A DNA stretch of 64,000 nt from Candidatus Coatesbacteria bacterium (GTDB lineage Bacteria > RBG-13-66-14 > B26-G2 > JAUVZD01), in contig JAUVZD010000008.1 in the NCBI GenBank assembly GCA_030602715.1, forward strand, positions 1-64,000, given 5' to 3'. A program made the position numbers and the translations under genes. The notes beneath the pieces are model-generated. The model did no database searches, had not been told where the DNA came from, and saw nothing but the letters and a program-made list of their open reading frames with translations. This document shows, in pieces, positions 1 through 9,321 of this stretch (position 1 is its first letter; each line of letters begins with the position of its first letter).

Positions 1-141
1 GAGGTTCAGCAGGCATCTACCTACACTGCGGTGTGGGATGGACTGGACAGCGAGGGTGAGGAGGCGGCGAGCGGGTTGTATATCTACCGGATGAGTGCTG
101 GGAATTTCCAGTCTGCCAAGAAGATGGTGCTGGTCCGATAA
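1..141 (+). CDS. C-terminal fragment of a secreted protein ending in a T9SS type-A (Por_Secre_tail / FlgD-Ig-like) sorting domain; the 5' end lies outside the window
   Basis: Frame 1 reads ...TAVWDGLDSEGEEAASGLYIYRMSAGNFQSAKKMVLVR*. The pattern 'sGvY.yRl.aG.f...KKmvLlk' is the canonical extreme C-terminus of T9SS cargo CTDs. The stop is at 139-141. Confidence 0.5.
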   Translation, partial: EVQQASTYTAVWDGLDSEGEEAASGLYIYRMSAGNFQSAKKMVLVR

Positions 142-163
142 AGGTTTGTAGAAGGAAAAGAAA

Positions 164-191
164 GGGGAGCGTTTTTACGCTCCCCTTTTTT
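164..191. terminator. Rho-independent terminator between convergent genes. It is probably bidirectional because an A-tract lies upstream and a T-tract downstream.
   Basis: GGGGAGCG (164-171) pairs with CGCTCCCC (178-185). The loop is TTTTTA and it is followed by TTTTTT (186-191). It is preceded by AAAGAAA. Confidence 0.7.
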
Positions 192-208
192 ATTGTCAAA
201 TACTGGAA

Positions 209-796
209 TTAAAAAGATATTACCTTGTCCGCCTCCATCAGGCTTTCGGTGATCTCAAAGAAGTTGCTCACTCTACCAACAGCCAGCTTATCCTTGATGC
301 CGAAAAAATCCAGGCAGGTGCCGCAGACCAGTATCTCTACTCCGCCCGCCTCTATCTCTTTGATTGCCTCCACCGTTGAAGCTCCTGCGACGGTCAGTTT
401 TACCCCGGTGTTCAAAAATATCACTTTTTGCGGGGTGGGGACATCAAGCAGGGTCTTTAGGAAGGCTTTGAGCAGGACCTCACCCAGCTTATCGTCTCCC
501 CGACCGATGACATTTGAGGGGACCAAGAATATCACCCTCTTGCCGGCTTCACGAGCGGAGTTTACCTTGGAGGTGGAGGCTTCTTTGTGGGTCAGGTGTA
601 TGCGGAACTCCGTCCCTTCGGCATCGGCTTCAACTTCTGCATGGAAGTGCATCTTCTCCGCCAGCCGTTTGATGTTCTCCACAGTTACTGTGGAGTCGGT
701 GATCACCAGTATCTCCGTCTCACCGTCCTCAATGGCTCGTTTGGTCAATATCACCGGCTGGGGGCACGCTAAACCGACTACATTCAACTCCTTCAA
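209..796 (-). CDS. yedF: YedF-type selenium-metabolism protein: N-terminal TusA/SirA-like domain with a CPxP motif fused to a DsrE-like domain
   Basis: N-terminus MKELNVVGLACPQPVILTKRAIE carries the TusA CPxP motif. At 195 aa with a C-terminal DsrE-like half, it matches the ~200-aa YedF architecture rather than 77-aa TusA. Confidence 0.55.
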   Translation of the reverse strand: MKELNVVGLACPQPVILTKRAIEDGETEILVITDSTVTVENIKRLAEKMHFHAEVEADAEGTEFRIHLTHKEASTSKVNSAREAGKRVIFLVPSNVIGRGDDKLGEVLLKAFLKTLLDVPTPQKVIFLNTGVKLTVAGASTVEAIKEIEAGGVEILVCGTCLDFFGIKDKLAVGRVSNFFEITESLMEADKVISF

Positions 797-829
797 GGTA
801 TGTTCTCCTCTCCTGGCAAAAGCTTCTCT

Positions 830-1414
830 TTATTTCTCCGAAAAGACTTTGTTTTCGGAATCGTAGGATACCTCCGTCACCTCAAGCATTTTGTCTCCCA
901 CCTCTATCTTCTCCACTACATTCATCCCCTCTAAAACCCGACCGAATACGGTATATCCCCCGTCCAGCTGGGTAAGATCGTCCAGGCAGAAGTAAAACTG
1001 GCTTCCGGCGGAGTTGGGCTCTGAGGTCTTAGCCATACCCAGGGAACCGTATTTGTGAAGCTTTCCGCTATCCTCGTCCTGGATGTTGTAGCCCGGCCCG
1101 CCCATGCCGGTGCCCAGAGGGTCGCCCCCTTGAACGACGAACCCCGGCTCCACTCGGTGGAAAATTATTCCATTGTAAAACCCCTCGTTCACTAACTTGA
1201 TGATGTTTCCGGCGGTTATGGGGGCGGAGTCCATATAAAGCTCAATGTAAATGATTCCTTTGTCGGTCTCCATGCGCACATATCTCATATTTTCATCTCC
1301 CCAAACTGTGGTCAAGGCGGTCAGAATGAGAATTACTGAGATTAAAGGAGGTAGATATTTTCTAAACATAGTTTCTCCTGGCCTTTCTGGGGTTGTTAAA
1401 AGGGGGGTCGTCAA
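830..1414 (-). CDS. Peptidyl-prolyl cis-trans isomerase, cyclophilin type, with an N-terminal signal/TM segment
   Basis: FHRVEPGFVVQGGDPLGTGMGGPGY cyclophilin signature. Hydrophobic N-terminus LPPLISVILILTALTTVWG. Confidence 0.85.
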   Translation of the reverse strand: MTTPLLTTPERPGETMFRKYLPPLISVILILTALTTVWGDENMRYVRMETDKGIIYIELYMDSAPITAGNIIKLVNEGFYNGIIFHRVEPGFVVQGGDPLGTGMGGPGYNIQDEDSGKLHKYGSLGMAKTSEPNSAGSQFYFCLDDLTQLDGGYTVFGRVLEGMNVVEKIEVGDKMLEVTEVSYDSENKVFSEK

Positions 1415-1445
1415 GACGGCGACCCCCCCTAGTTTTTCCTAACGA

Positions 1446-2855
1446 CTATTTTTTCTTCTTCGGTCTGGGTTTGGCTTTGGTGGTCTTTTTGGCTGTAGTT
1501 TTCTTTGCTGTGGGTTTCCTGGCTGTGGTTTTCTTCCTTTTCGGTTTCTCCTCCTCTTTCTCCTCCGGCTTAACCTCTTCCACTGGTGGAATTATCGGTT
1601 CCTGGGACTCCTCGTCAAAGAATTCCAGCAGGTTTTCATCGTCCTTCTTCTTGCGCAGGACGGTGTAAATGATGGTCTGCCCGACGCTGTTGACCGAGCA
1701 GGAGTAGGAGATGACAAAGAGCATAATTAGGGTAAAGGCGAGCCCCACGATGAAGCCGGAGATCCAGTATGCCCAGGACCAGTCAGCGGGAAGCTCTACC
1801 TGATAGAAGAAGTTGAGGTTGACATAGTCGGACTCCAAGCCCAGGATGAGGTTGGGAAGCCCCTTGAATATTCCCGTGCCGGTGGTGCACCAAGCCATGA
1901 TATCGCCCAGCCGGTCAAAAGTCAGGTTGAGCCAGGGGAAGAGGGCTTTGACCTTGGAAAGCCACAGGGCGGGTATGTTGGGCATGTAGCCGGCGGCGTA
2001 AGCGAAGATCTGCTCTGCCTTGTCGGTGGTGGAGATGAGCTTAGCCGACCAGTAGTAGGTGTTGAACATCACCCTAACACCTAGGATAGTAGCGAGGGCG
2101 AAGAGCCAGGTGGCAGCCACCCGTATGACCATCAGTATTATTTCGTAGACCGCCAGCCTCCAGGATTGGGAGGACAAGGTGGAGAAGAGCTCAAAGGATG
2201 TCTCAAAGGTATCGTTTTTGGTGCAGGAGACGATAGCCGGGGTGAGCAGGAAGGATGATAAGGTGACCACTACCAGAAAGACAAAGAATAGCGCCACCAC
2301 AAAGATCGGAATGGTCAGTAGGCTGGTGGTCAGCTCACCGACATAGGGGATACACTGCCAGGCACCGACGATCATCCCCCCGATGAAGAGGATAATCATG
2401 AGGACCACCAGGGCGATGGGGGTGAAGATGATGGAGCGCCAGTGCTTGCGGACGAAAGCCCATGCTTCCTTGCGGGAGAAGAAGTCGTTTCCCCTGAGCT
2501 GTTCAATGGTCACTTTGGCGACGGCGGCGGAAGCCAGGAACCAGAGGATGGCTATGACAGCGATTCCCACCCAATAGAGAATATCCGCATACCAGGTCCA
2601 GCTGAAGGCGTGGCTCTTGAAGGCTGAGCTTAAGGGGCAGGGGAAGAAGTGCATAACCCGCCACATGTCAAGAAATTTATTTCCGCTCAGGACACCGCCG
2701 AGATATACTAAGATATTGTAGATCAATAGACTGTAGAAAAAGGCGGTAAAATGAATCCATATCTTTTTTGCCGAGAAACCTAGTTTGGGTGCGCGAAACA
2801 CATCCTTGAAGTTGAAATGGAGTGGGACCATTAAAAACCTCCTTAATTTTAGCAA
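1446..2855 (-). CDS. Polytopic integral membrane protein of unknown function with a C-terminal histone-H1-like lysine-rich tail
   Basis: At least 8 hydrophobic helices. The C-terminal 70 aa are EE/KP-rich and end PKRKKTTARKPTAKKTTAKKTTKAKPRPKKKK. Confidence 0.6.
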   Translation of the reverse strand: MLKLRRFLMVPLHFNFKDVFRAPKLGFSAKKIWIHFTAFFYSLLIYNILVYLGGVLSGNKFLDMWRVMHFFPCPLSSAFKSHAFSWTWYADILYWVGIAVIAILWFLASAAVAKVTIEQLRGNDFFSRKEAWAFVRKHWRSIIFTPIALVVLMIILFIGGMIVGAWQCIPYVGELTTSLLTIPIFVVALFFVFLVVVTLSSFLLTPAIVSCTKNDTFETSFELFSTLSSQSWRLAVYEIILMVIRVAATWLFALATILGVRVMFNTYYWSAKLISTTDKAEQIFAYAAGYMPNIPALWLSKVKALFPWLNLTFDRLGDIMAWCTTGTGIFKGLPNLILGLESDYVNLNFFYQVELPADWSWAYWISGFIVGLAFTLIMLFVISYSCSVNSVGQTIIYTVLRKKKDDENLLEFFDEESQEPIIPPVEEVKPEEKEEEKPKRKKTTARKPTAKKTTAKKTTKAKPRPKKKK

Positions 2856-2941
2856 TTTATTGATAGAATTGCTTCTTTAAATTTGACGGATATTTTACAT
2901 CGCAGAGCATAACACCACCGCCAGTTTATGTCAAGGACAAT

Positions 2942-3592
2942 CTATTTCTTGGGTATCTTCTTATAATCCTCCTTGAACTTCTCAATACCGATATGCGTCA
3001 GGGGATGTTCAGTTAGTTGCTCAACCACCTTCGGGGGTATGGTGGCGATGTCTGCGCCCATCATAGCCGCCTCCAGAACATGGAGGGGATTGCGTATGCT
3101 TGCCACTATTACTTCGGTGTCTATGGCGTAGTTGTCAAATATGTTGACTATCTGCCCCACCAGCTCCATACCATAATGGCTGATGTCGTCCAGGCGACCG
3201 ACGAAGGGGCTGACATAGTTAGCCCCGGCTTTTGAGGCGAGCAGGGCTTGGGCTGGGGAGAAGGTCAGGGTGACATTTGTCTGTATGCCTTCAACTGCCA
3301 ATCTATTGACCACCACAAGTCCGTCTTTGCTCATGGGAACCTTCATCACGAAATTGTCCGCCAACTGGGCGTACTCCTTAGCCTCCTTGACCATATTATC
3401 AACACCTTCGGTGACCAGCTCAATGTTGACCGGGCGACCCTCTACTAACTTGGCGATTTCCAGCATGACCTCCATAAAGGGACGGTTCTCCCTGGAGACC
3501 AGGGTGGGATTGGTGGTTACTCCGTCAAGCACCCCCAGCTCCATCATATCTTTGATGGCGGCAGGATTGGCGGTATCTATAAACAACTTCAC
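2942..3592 (-). CDS. tal: Transaldolase / fructose-6-phosphate aldolase family (TalC/Fsa type, ~217 aa). The start was moved to a GTG behind a strong SD.
   Basis: KLFIDTANPAAIKDMMELGVLDGVTTNPTLV signature. On the minus strand AGGAGGAAAACT-GTG precedes VKLFIDTAN. The ORF-track ATG at 3670 would add 26 non-conserved residues. Confidence 0.8.
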   Translation of the reverse strand: MKLFIDTANPAAIKDMMELGVLDGVTTNPTLVSRENRPFMEVMLEIAKLVEGRPVNIELVTEGVDNMVKEAKEYAQLADNFVMKVPMSKDGLVVVNRLAVEGIQTNVTLTFSPAQALLASKAGANYVSPFVGRLDDISHYGMELVGQIVNIFDNYAIDTEVIVASIRNPLHVLEAAMMGADIATIPPKVVEQLTEHPLTHIGIEKFKEDYKKIPKK

Positions 3593-3666
3593 AGTTTTCC
3601 TCCTGGATTGGCGTATCCCGCATAAGATTTCAATTGGCGAGATTTTAGCATAAATCTTTTCCAAAA

Positions 3667-4488
3667 TCAAAGGCTAATCTTGGGGGGTAGTCCGTTACCC
3701 ACCTCTTTTCTTTGCCGGAGATAGAGTTTCTGCGGCTCTTGTGGGGGATAGAAGACCTTCATGAGGAAGAGTCCCTGGGGAGGTGCGGTGGGACCTGCCC
3801 GCTTTATATCCCCGGACTGTAATACCTCCTCTATCTCCTCTAAGGCGACGTTCCCCCGACCCGAGCCAAGCAGACTGCCCACAATCATTCGCACCATCTT
3901 ATGTATGAAGCTGGGGGCGAGGGCGTCTATCTCCAGCCCCTCATCGTGGAAGTTGAGGTCAAGCGCCCACAGAGTGCGCCTCCTGTCCCCCTGCTCCTCC
4001 ACTGTTGTGAAGGCGGTGAAGTCATGACTGCCGATGAGGTGCCCCGCCGCTTTCTCCATTGCATTTTGGTTCAGTTCCTGAGGCAGGTGCAGGCAGAACC
4101 TTCTTTCAAATACCGTGGGATTTCGGCGAACATAGTAGCGGTACCATCTTCCGTTGGCGTCCCGCCGGGGATTGAAGGAAGGTTGAACCTCCTCCACCTT
4201 GATTATGCGGATATCGGTCGGCAGGGCGCTTCCCAAAGCCCGAAGGAGTTCGTCGGCATCCATGCGGGTGCCAGCACTTACCGCGGCGACTTGTCCCAGG
4301 GCGTGAACCCCGGAGTCGGTCCTTCCGCTCCCCTCCAGTTTGATGGAGGTTTTGAATATCTCCTCCAGTGCTCTTTTTATGGTCCCTTGAACGCTTCGTC
4401 CCCGGGGTTGAATCTGCCAGCCAACGAAGCTACTTCCGTCATATTCAATGGTCAGCTTAAAACGATGGGATGAGGGTGGGTTATTCAT
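3667..4488 (-). CDS. truA: tRNA pseudouridine(38-40) synthase TruA
   Basis: RFKLTIEYDGSSFVGWQIQP ... RTDSGVHALGQV catalytic Asp motif. 273 aa. Confidence 0.85.
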   Translation of the reverse strand: MNNPPSSHRFKLTIEYDGSSFVGWQIQPRGRSVQGTIKRALEEIFKTSIKLEGSGRTDSGVHALGQVAAVSAGTRMDADELLRALGSALPTDIRIIKVEEVQPSFNPRRDANGRWYRYYVRRNPTVFERRFCLHLPQELNQNAMEKAAGHLIGSHDFTAFTTVEEQGDRRRTLWALDLNFHDEGLEIDALAPSFIHKMVRMIVGSLLGSGRGNVALEEIEEVLQSGDIKRAGPTAPPQGLFLMKVFYPPQEPQKLYLRQRKEVGNGLPPKISL

Positions 4489-6217
4489 CGCTGGAGGGGG
4501 TTTCCAGATACCAGTTGGGGTTGATTTGCCCCAGAAAGTCGCTTTCCTTGCTTAGATGTTCAATGAAGGCTCGGTCATGTTCCGCCAGTTTTCCTTTGTC
4601 CATCAGGTCGGCGGCGATTCGGCTCAAGCGACCGAAATCCTCATAGTGGTTGCTTACCCGCAGGGCGGCGTAATCGGAAGCCTCCAGGGTGGTGACCAGA
4701 TAGGGCCAGTCGGAGGCTTCCAGCAGCATCAGCTCCTGAGCGCAGAGACGGAGGATGTTGTCCAACTGCGGTGGGCTGTGCTTCCCACCTCTCTTTACCA
4801 GTTCGGTCATCTTACCCTCCGCCTGATAGATGAGTTTCCATATCCAGGTGGTTCGTTCGTTCATCCAGGTCCAGTCTCCGCCTCCTTCCCCCCAGGAGCC
4901 GGCTTTGAAGAAAAATCCCTTCCGGGCAGGGTGGCGGTCGCAGAACTCCCCCAGTCGGATGGTGGAGAGTTCCTCATCTTGATGAGCTAGACGCAGAACA
5001 TGAGAGAGCCAGTCCACCCCCTCACGCCACCAGTGTCCGAAGAGCTCGGTATCAAAGGGGGCTACGATGATTGCCGGGCGACCGCTTTGGCGATGATACC
5101 GTCCGGCGATCTCCCGACAGAGGGATATGAAGTGAACGGCGTGCTCCTCCGCCTTGCCCAGGGCGCGGTGGAGATTGTAGGGCTCTTTGTGCACCATATC
5201 CAGGTTGGTGTCCGTAATCCGCCAGTAGCGGTTACCGCCGGGGAAGTGTTTTTTGCTGAAATCCATATACCAGCCGTCCCGAGGATAGTTGAGGTCTCCG
5301 CTCCACACCTGCAGTCCGGTCAGCATATCCCGGATGAGAGCGGTTATCTGTGGCTTAGCTTCCCGTCCCGGGGTAAGCACCCAGTAGGGTTCCAGAGGCG
5401 AGTTGTGCTCCTCGGGCTCCTCTTCCAATGTAGCCGTCTGTTCCTGCTCTCCTCTTCCCATAATTCTCTTAAGCGTCTGGAATTTCTCCCGGAAGGTGCC
5501 TATTGCTTCCTTGCCGGTGAGCATATGGGTATCCAGGATGAAATACTCCAATCCCGCCTCAGCCACCAGCTCCTCTATGCCGGCTCTCTTCCGGCTTTCA
5601 CCGTTGGACAGCGGATTTGTCCACGTCCCCCGTGGGCGGTAGGCGCACTCCGGAAGCCACAGACCCCGGGGCCGGGAGCCAAAAAACTTCTCAAAGCAGG
5701 AGACCCCGGATTTGAGCTGGGCGCGGACGGCGCCGTCTGTGGAGAGTAAGGGGAGGTAGGCGTGGGTGGCGGGGGAGGTGAGTAGTTCCACCTGGCCGCT
5801 TTCATGTAGCTCCTTCAGCCATTTTAATAGCTCGTAGTGGAACCTTTTGCTGAAGGTGGAGAGGACTCCCTGATAGAAATCTCGCCACCATGTAGCTGTA
5901 TCGGCAAGAGCGGTCTGACCGGTGCTGGTGAAATAGCGTTCGTCACCGGTTGAGCCATCAATCTTGCGCTGGAGGTAGGACTGGAAATTGGTGGGAAAGG
6001 CGGGATGAGCCAACTGCTCAGCCAGGATGGGGGTTATGCTCAAATTCAGCTGGAAATCTATACCGCTTTCGCGCAGTGAGAACAGGGAGTCCAGCAGGGG
6101 GAGGTAGCATTCGGCGACGGCTTCATAGAGCCAGTCCTCGCCGTGCGGCCAGCTCCCCTGACCGATTACATAAGGTATATGGGTGTGGAGGACGAAGGCG
6201 ATGTAACCGGTCTTCAA
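4481..6217 (-). CDS. GH57 family alpha-glucan enzyme (branching enzyme / alpha-amylase type)
   Basis: GH57 conserved regions: HTHIPY, WLPECAY (nucleophile Glu), TELFGHWW. 578 aa. 4-nt overlap with truA. Confidence 0.8.
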   Translation of the reverse strand: MKTGYIAFVLHTHIPYVIGQGSWPHGEDWLYEAVAECYLPLLDSLFSLRESGIDFQLNLSITPILAEQLAHPAFPTNFQSYLQRKIDGSTGDERYFTSTGQTALADTATWWRDFYQGVLSTFSKRFHYELLKWLKELHESGQVELLTSPATHAYLPLLSTDGAVRAQLKSGVSCFEKFFGSRPRGLWLPECAYRPRGTWTNPLSNGESRKRAGIEELVAEAGLEYFILDTHMLTGKEAIGTFREKFQTLKRIMGRGEQEQTATLEEEPEEHNSPLEPYWVLTPGREAKPQITALIRDMLTGLQVWSGDLNYPRDGWYMDFSKKHFPGGNRYWRITDTNLDMVHKEPYNLHRALGKAEEHAVHFISLCREIAGRYHRQSGRPAIIVAPFDTELFGHWWREGVDWLSHVLRLAHQDEELSTIRLGEFCDRHPARKGFFFKAGSWGEGGGDWTWMNERTTWIWKLIYQAEGKMTELVKRGGKHSPPQLDNILRLCAQELMLLEASDWPYLVTTLEASDYAALRVSNHYEDFGRLSRIAADLMDKGKLAEHDRAFIEHLSKESDFLGQINPNWYLETPSSDE

Positions 6218-6221
6218 AATA

Positions 6222-6908
6222 TCATCCTCGGTGGTTTATTTCATCAATGATTGCCAGTAATTCCTTGATATCGTCCAGGGCGTAGTCGGCTTTACCGACC
6301 TGGTCTTTGAAGGGGTCTCCGTAGCGAGCGAATACGGTGTGCAGACCGACCTGCTTGGCTCCGACGATGTCCCGTGCAATCCAGTCGCCGACCATGATCG
6401 CTTCTCCGGGTTTGACCTTCAACTTCTCCAGTGCCAGCAGGAAGGGGGCGGGATGGGGTTTGTATTGGAGGGTATCCTCGTGGGTGACAACCACATCAAA
6501 AAAATGGTGTAATTGCAGATAGCAGAGCCTGAGCCATGCTTGAAGCCGGGGAGCGTCGCTGATCACGCCCAGCGCAAGCCCTCGTTTGGTCAACTCCACC
6601 AGGGTCTCCTTGATGTGGGGGTAGAGGACCAGACTGCCTTCCCGGGCGCGGCGGTAGCCGACTATGCCGGCGGCGAGGATTTTGTAGTCAATCTCCCCCA
6701 ACTCGTCAATGAGAAAGGAGTCAAAGACCTGCTGATATTCAATGCCCTCACGCTCGTAGATAGCCTTTATCCTCTCAATGGCCTTCTCCTCGGTGAGGTC
6801 CAGCCCGGCATCTATCATGGCTTGGGTGGCGGCTTCAATGGAGCGGTTTTTTACCCCCACAAAATCGGTCAGGGTGTTGTCCAGGTCAAAGATGACGGCG
6901 TGGATCAA
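6222..6908 (-). CDS. HAD-superfamily hydrolase (subfamily IA-like)
   Basis: N-terminal DxD motif AVIFDLDNTLTD and C-terminal GDWIARDIVGAKQVG motif. Confidence 0.7.
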   Translation of the reverse strand: MIHAVIFDLDNTLTDFVGVKNRSIEAATQAMIDAGLDLTEEKAIERIKAIYEREGIEYQQVFDSFLIDELGEIDYKILAAGIVGYRRAREGSLVLYPHIKETLVELTKRGLALGVISDAPRLQAWLRLCYLQLHHFFDVVVTHEDTLQYKPHPAPFLLALEKLKVKPGEAIMVGDWIARDIVGAKQVGLHTVFARYGDPFKDQVGKADYALDDIKELLAIIDEINHRG

Positions 6909-7717
6909 AGCCTCTCCCTTATTCTTGGAATGTAGGTATCCAGGAATTTCGCCAGTTGCGGGGCGATTTTTGCGGCAATCCGGGATACCTCCTCATCTTG
7001 AACCCCGGCTATGCCCACCAGGTTAGTGAGTAAGGAGATTGCCAGAACCTCCGCCCCTTCCTGGCGGGCGGCTTGAACATCCGGCACTGTTGACATGCCC
7101 ACAGCATCTACGCCCAACAAGCGCAGGAATTTTGTCTCCGTGGGGGTTTCAAAAGCAGGTCCAGCCACGGCGCAATAAACCCCCTCAAATGCCGGTATGG
7201 ACAGTTCATCAGCCACCTTCATCGCTTCCCGCCTGAGGTCGGCGTCGTAGGCGTCAACCATGGAGAGGAACCGCCGTTTACTGTCATGATATATTAATCC
7301 CCGCAGGGGGGATGTTCCCATGAGGTTGATGTGGTCGGCGAGGAACATAAATGAGCCCAGCTTTCCGGAGTTGGAGACCAGCCCGGCGGCGTTGGTGATG
7401 ATGACCGTCTTCGCCCCCAGGCGGACCATAGTGCGAACGGGGTGGGTGACCTCATGCATGGTGAAACCCTCGTAAAAATGCAGTCTGCCGTTGTAAACCA
7501 GAGTGGGAATACCGAAGGCGTTGACAAAGTAGAGATTGAGCTTTCGTCCGGGAATCTGTGAGGGCTGAAAGTGGGGGATCTCGTCAAAGGGAAAGCGTTG
7601 TTTTTCCTGGAAGCCCTCAATCCAATATTCCAGATTCTGGCGTAGAATGATGCCCAGCTTCGGTTTGGTGGGTAACTTATCCGCTATCCAGGTTACTGAT
7701 TCGTTTACCAGAGCCAT
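6905..7717 (-). CDS. Purine nucleoside phosphorylase / MTA phosphorylase family (PNP family 2)
   Basis: GIPTLVYNGRLHFYEGFTMHEVTHPVRTMVRLGAKTVIITNAAGLV. 4-nt overlap with the upstream HAD gene. Confidence 0.8.
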   Translation of the reverse strand: MALVNESVTWIADKLPTKPKLGIILRQNLEYWIEGFQEKQRFPFDEIPHFQPSQIPGRKLNLYFVNAFGIPTLVYNGRLHFYEGFTMHEVTHPVRTMVRLGAKTVIITNAAGLVSNSGKLGSFMFLADHINLMGTSPLRGLIYHDSKRRFLSMVDAYDADLRREAMKVADELSIPAFEGVYCAVAGPAFETPTETKFLRLLGVDAVGMSTVPDVQAARQEGAEVLAISLLTNLVGIAGVQDEEVSRIAAKIAPQLAKFLDTYIPRIRERL

Positions 7718-7825
7718 AGTTTTTTTTCGGGTTGATTTTTTGGTGAAAATTTGCTAATGTTTTGTATAATAAATATTGGATAAGGTAAAAACTATCAAAA
7801 ACCGTAAAGAGGTCGGGCGACAGGA

Positions 7826-8854
7826 GTGAGCGAGAACATAACCATTAGCGATAAGCTGAGAAGCGGTGATTCCGGAAAAGTAACCATCGTCGTCTGGGGT
7901 GATGTGTGTCTTGACGAGTATATTTATGGTCAAGTGCGCACCATCACCAAAGAAGCGCCGGTTCCTGCTCTTTTTGAGAGCTTTCGTGAGAAAGTCCCCG
8001 GACAGGCTGGCAATGTTGCCCGCAATTTGATCGCTCTGGGTTGTGGTGTGCGCCTGGTATCCTGCTGGGGAGAGGATGCCAGTGGGGAGAGGTTGAGGGA
8101 GCTCTTCGGTGCAACGGAGACTGATATTTCCGGAAGCATTATCTCGGAGAGCGTAACCACCACCCATAGAATCAAATTGGTGAACCATAGTCCCCAGAGA
8201 GGATATTATCATCTATATCACATATATCGTGAAGGCATCTGTCCGGATGAGCTGGCGGGCAAGCTCGTGGAGGATTTTATCCTTGACCGCAGTGATTGTC
8301 AAGCCTTTGTTATCTCCGATTACTCCTTGGGGGTTCTTTCCGAGAGACTGGTGGGGGAGGTCATTGGTCGGGCAAAGGAGATGGGCATCCCGACGGTTGC
8401 CAACACCCGCGGTTCTATCTTTATGTATCAGGGTGTCAGTGGAATCGTCTGCAACCTGGAGGAGGTCTCAATTGCGCTTGGGGGTGACCCCATTCTGGAG
8501 GAAAGAAAGACGGAGCAGGTGGTCGGGGGGGCGCATAGACTGCTTGCTGAGCAGGGCTGGGAGTGGATTTTGGTGACCGGGGGAGGAGAGGGGATGTTTT
8601 TAATTGATGGCAGTGGTTCCTCGGGGAAGGGGGAGGTTGTGCATCTCTCGCCTTGTGCTTGCAAAGTGGTGGACATTACCGGGGCGGGGGATACGGTGGT
8701 GGCGGCGATGGCTTTTGGGTTGGGGCTGGGCTGGGAACTTGAGGAGGCGATGCAGTTGGCAAATCTTGCCGCCGGAGTGGTGGTGGGCAAGCCGGGCACC
8801 TCCACAGCCACGCCCGAGGAGATAGAGAGCCTGGATAAAGATCGGAGTTTGTGA
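7826..8854 (+). CDS. hldE: D-glycero-beta-D-manno-heptose-7-phosphate kinase (RfaE/HldE domain I, PfkB family)
   Basis: VTIVVWGDVCLDEYIYGQVRTITKEAPVPAL matches the RfaE domain-I N-terminus. C-terminal DITGAGDTVVAAMAFGL is the PfkB anion-hole motif. Confidence 0.7.
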   Translation: MSENITISDKLRSGDSGKVTIVVWGDVCLDEYIYGQVRTITKEAPVPALFESFREKVPGQAGNVARNLIALGCGVRLVSCWGEDASGERLRELFGATETDISGSIISESVTTTHRIKLVNHSPQRGYYHLYHIYREGICPDELAGKLVEDFILDRSDCQAFVISDYSLGVLSERLVGEVIGRAKEMGIPTVANTRGSIFMYQGVSGIVCNLEEVSIALGGDPILEERKTEQVVGGAHRLLAEQGWEWILVTGGGEGMFLIDGSGSSGKGEVVHLSPCACKVVDITGAGDTVVAAMAFGLGLGWELEEAMQLANLAAGVVVGKPGTSTATPEEIESLDKDRSL

Positions 8855-8896
8855 GAGATAGATGAGATTGATGTTTTTCTCTAATTCCATTTTGGG

Positions 8897-9229
8897 GTGA
8901 TAGGAATGACCAGTAAGATTCAGGAGTTGCGTAAGAAGCATCATATGACCCAGGCGGAGCTGGCGGAGATGTTGAATATCTCCAAAGGTTATCTTAGCCA
9001 GTTAGAAATCAGTGTGCGCTCACCCTCCCTGAAACTGCTTAAACAGCTCTCCAAGATATTCTCCGTCCCTCTGGACTATCTGGTCTTTGACAGAGCCACC
9101 CTGGACGGGCAGGAGATTCCGGAATCTATCATTGTCTTCTTCCGCACCGAGAATCTCTCAGATAAGGACCTGGAGGAGCTGAAGAGCCTCTTTGAGTGGT
9201 GGAAGAAACAACGGGAGAAGAGGAAGTAG
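8897..9229 (+). CDS. XRE-family helix-turn-helix transcriptional regulator
   Basis: LRKKHHMTQAELAEMLNISKGYLSQLE is a classic Cro/C1 HTH. 110 aa. Confidence 0.8.
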   Translation: MIGMTSKIQELRKKHHMTQAELAEMLNISKGYLSQLEISVRSPSLKLLKQLSKIFSVPLDYLVFDRATLDGQEIPESIIVFFRTENLSDKDLEELKSLFEWWKKQREKRK

Positions 9230-9321
9230 GGGGGGGGTAACGGTTCGTTTCTGTTTTAACCGAATAACGGTAAAATTTGGGGTTTTCCTTTGGAGATATT
9301 TCCCAACGGTTGGTGATAATT

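Noticed and set aside
225-866. 213-aa plus-strand ORF antisense to yedF
   Set aside because: Ser/Pro/Thr-rich mirror-frame translation of a well-conserved minus-strand gene. No motifs and no SD.
1393-1668. 91-aa plus-strand ORF rich in Phe/Ser
   Set aside because: Antisense of the Lys/Glu-rich tail of the membrane protein gene. It is a compositional artefact.
9277-9321. TTG-initiated N-terminal extension of the ImmA gene in the ORF track
   Set aside because: The extension covers the AACGGTT repeat or operator region. ATG at 9322 gives a typical ImmA N-terminus.
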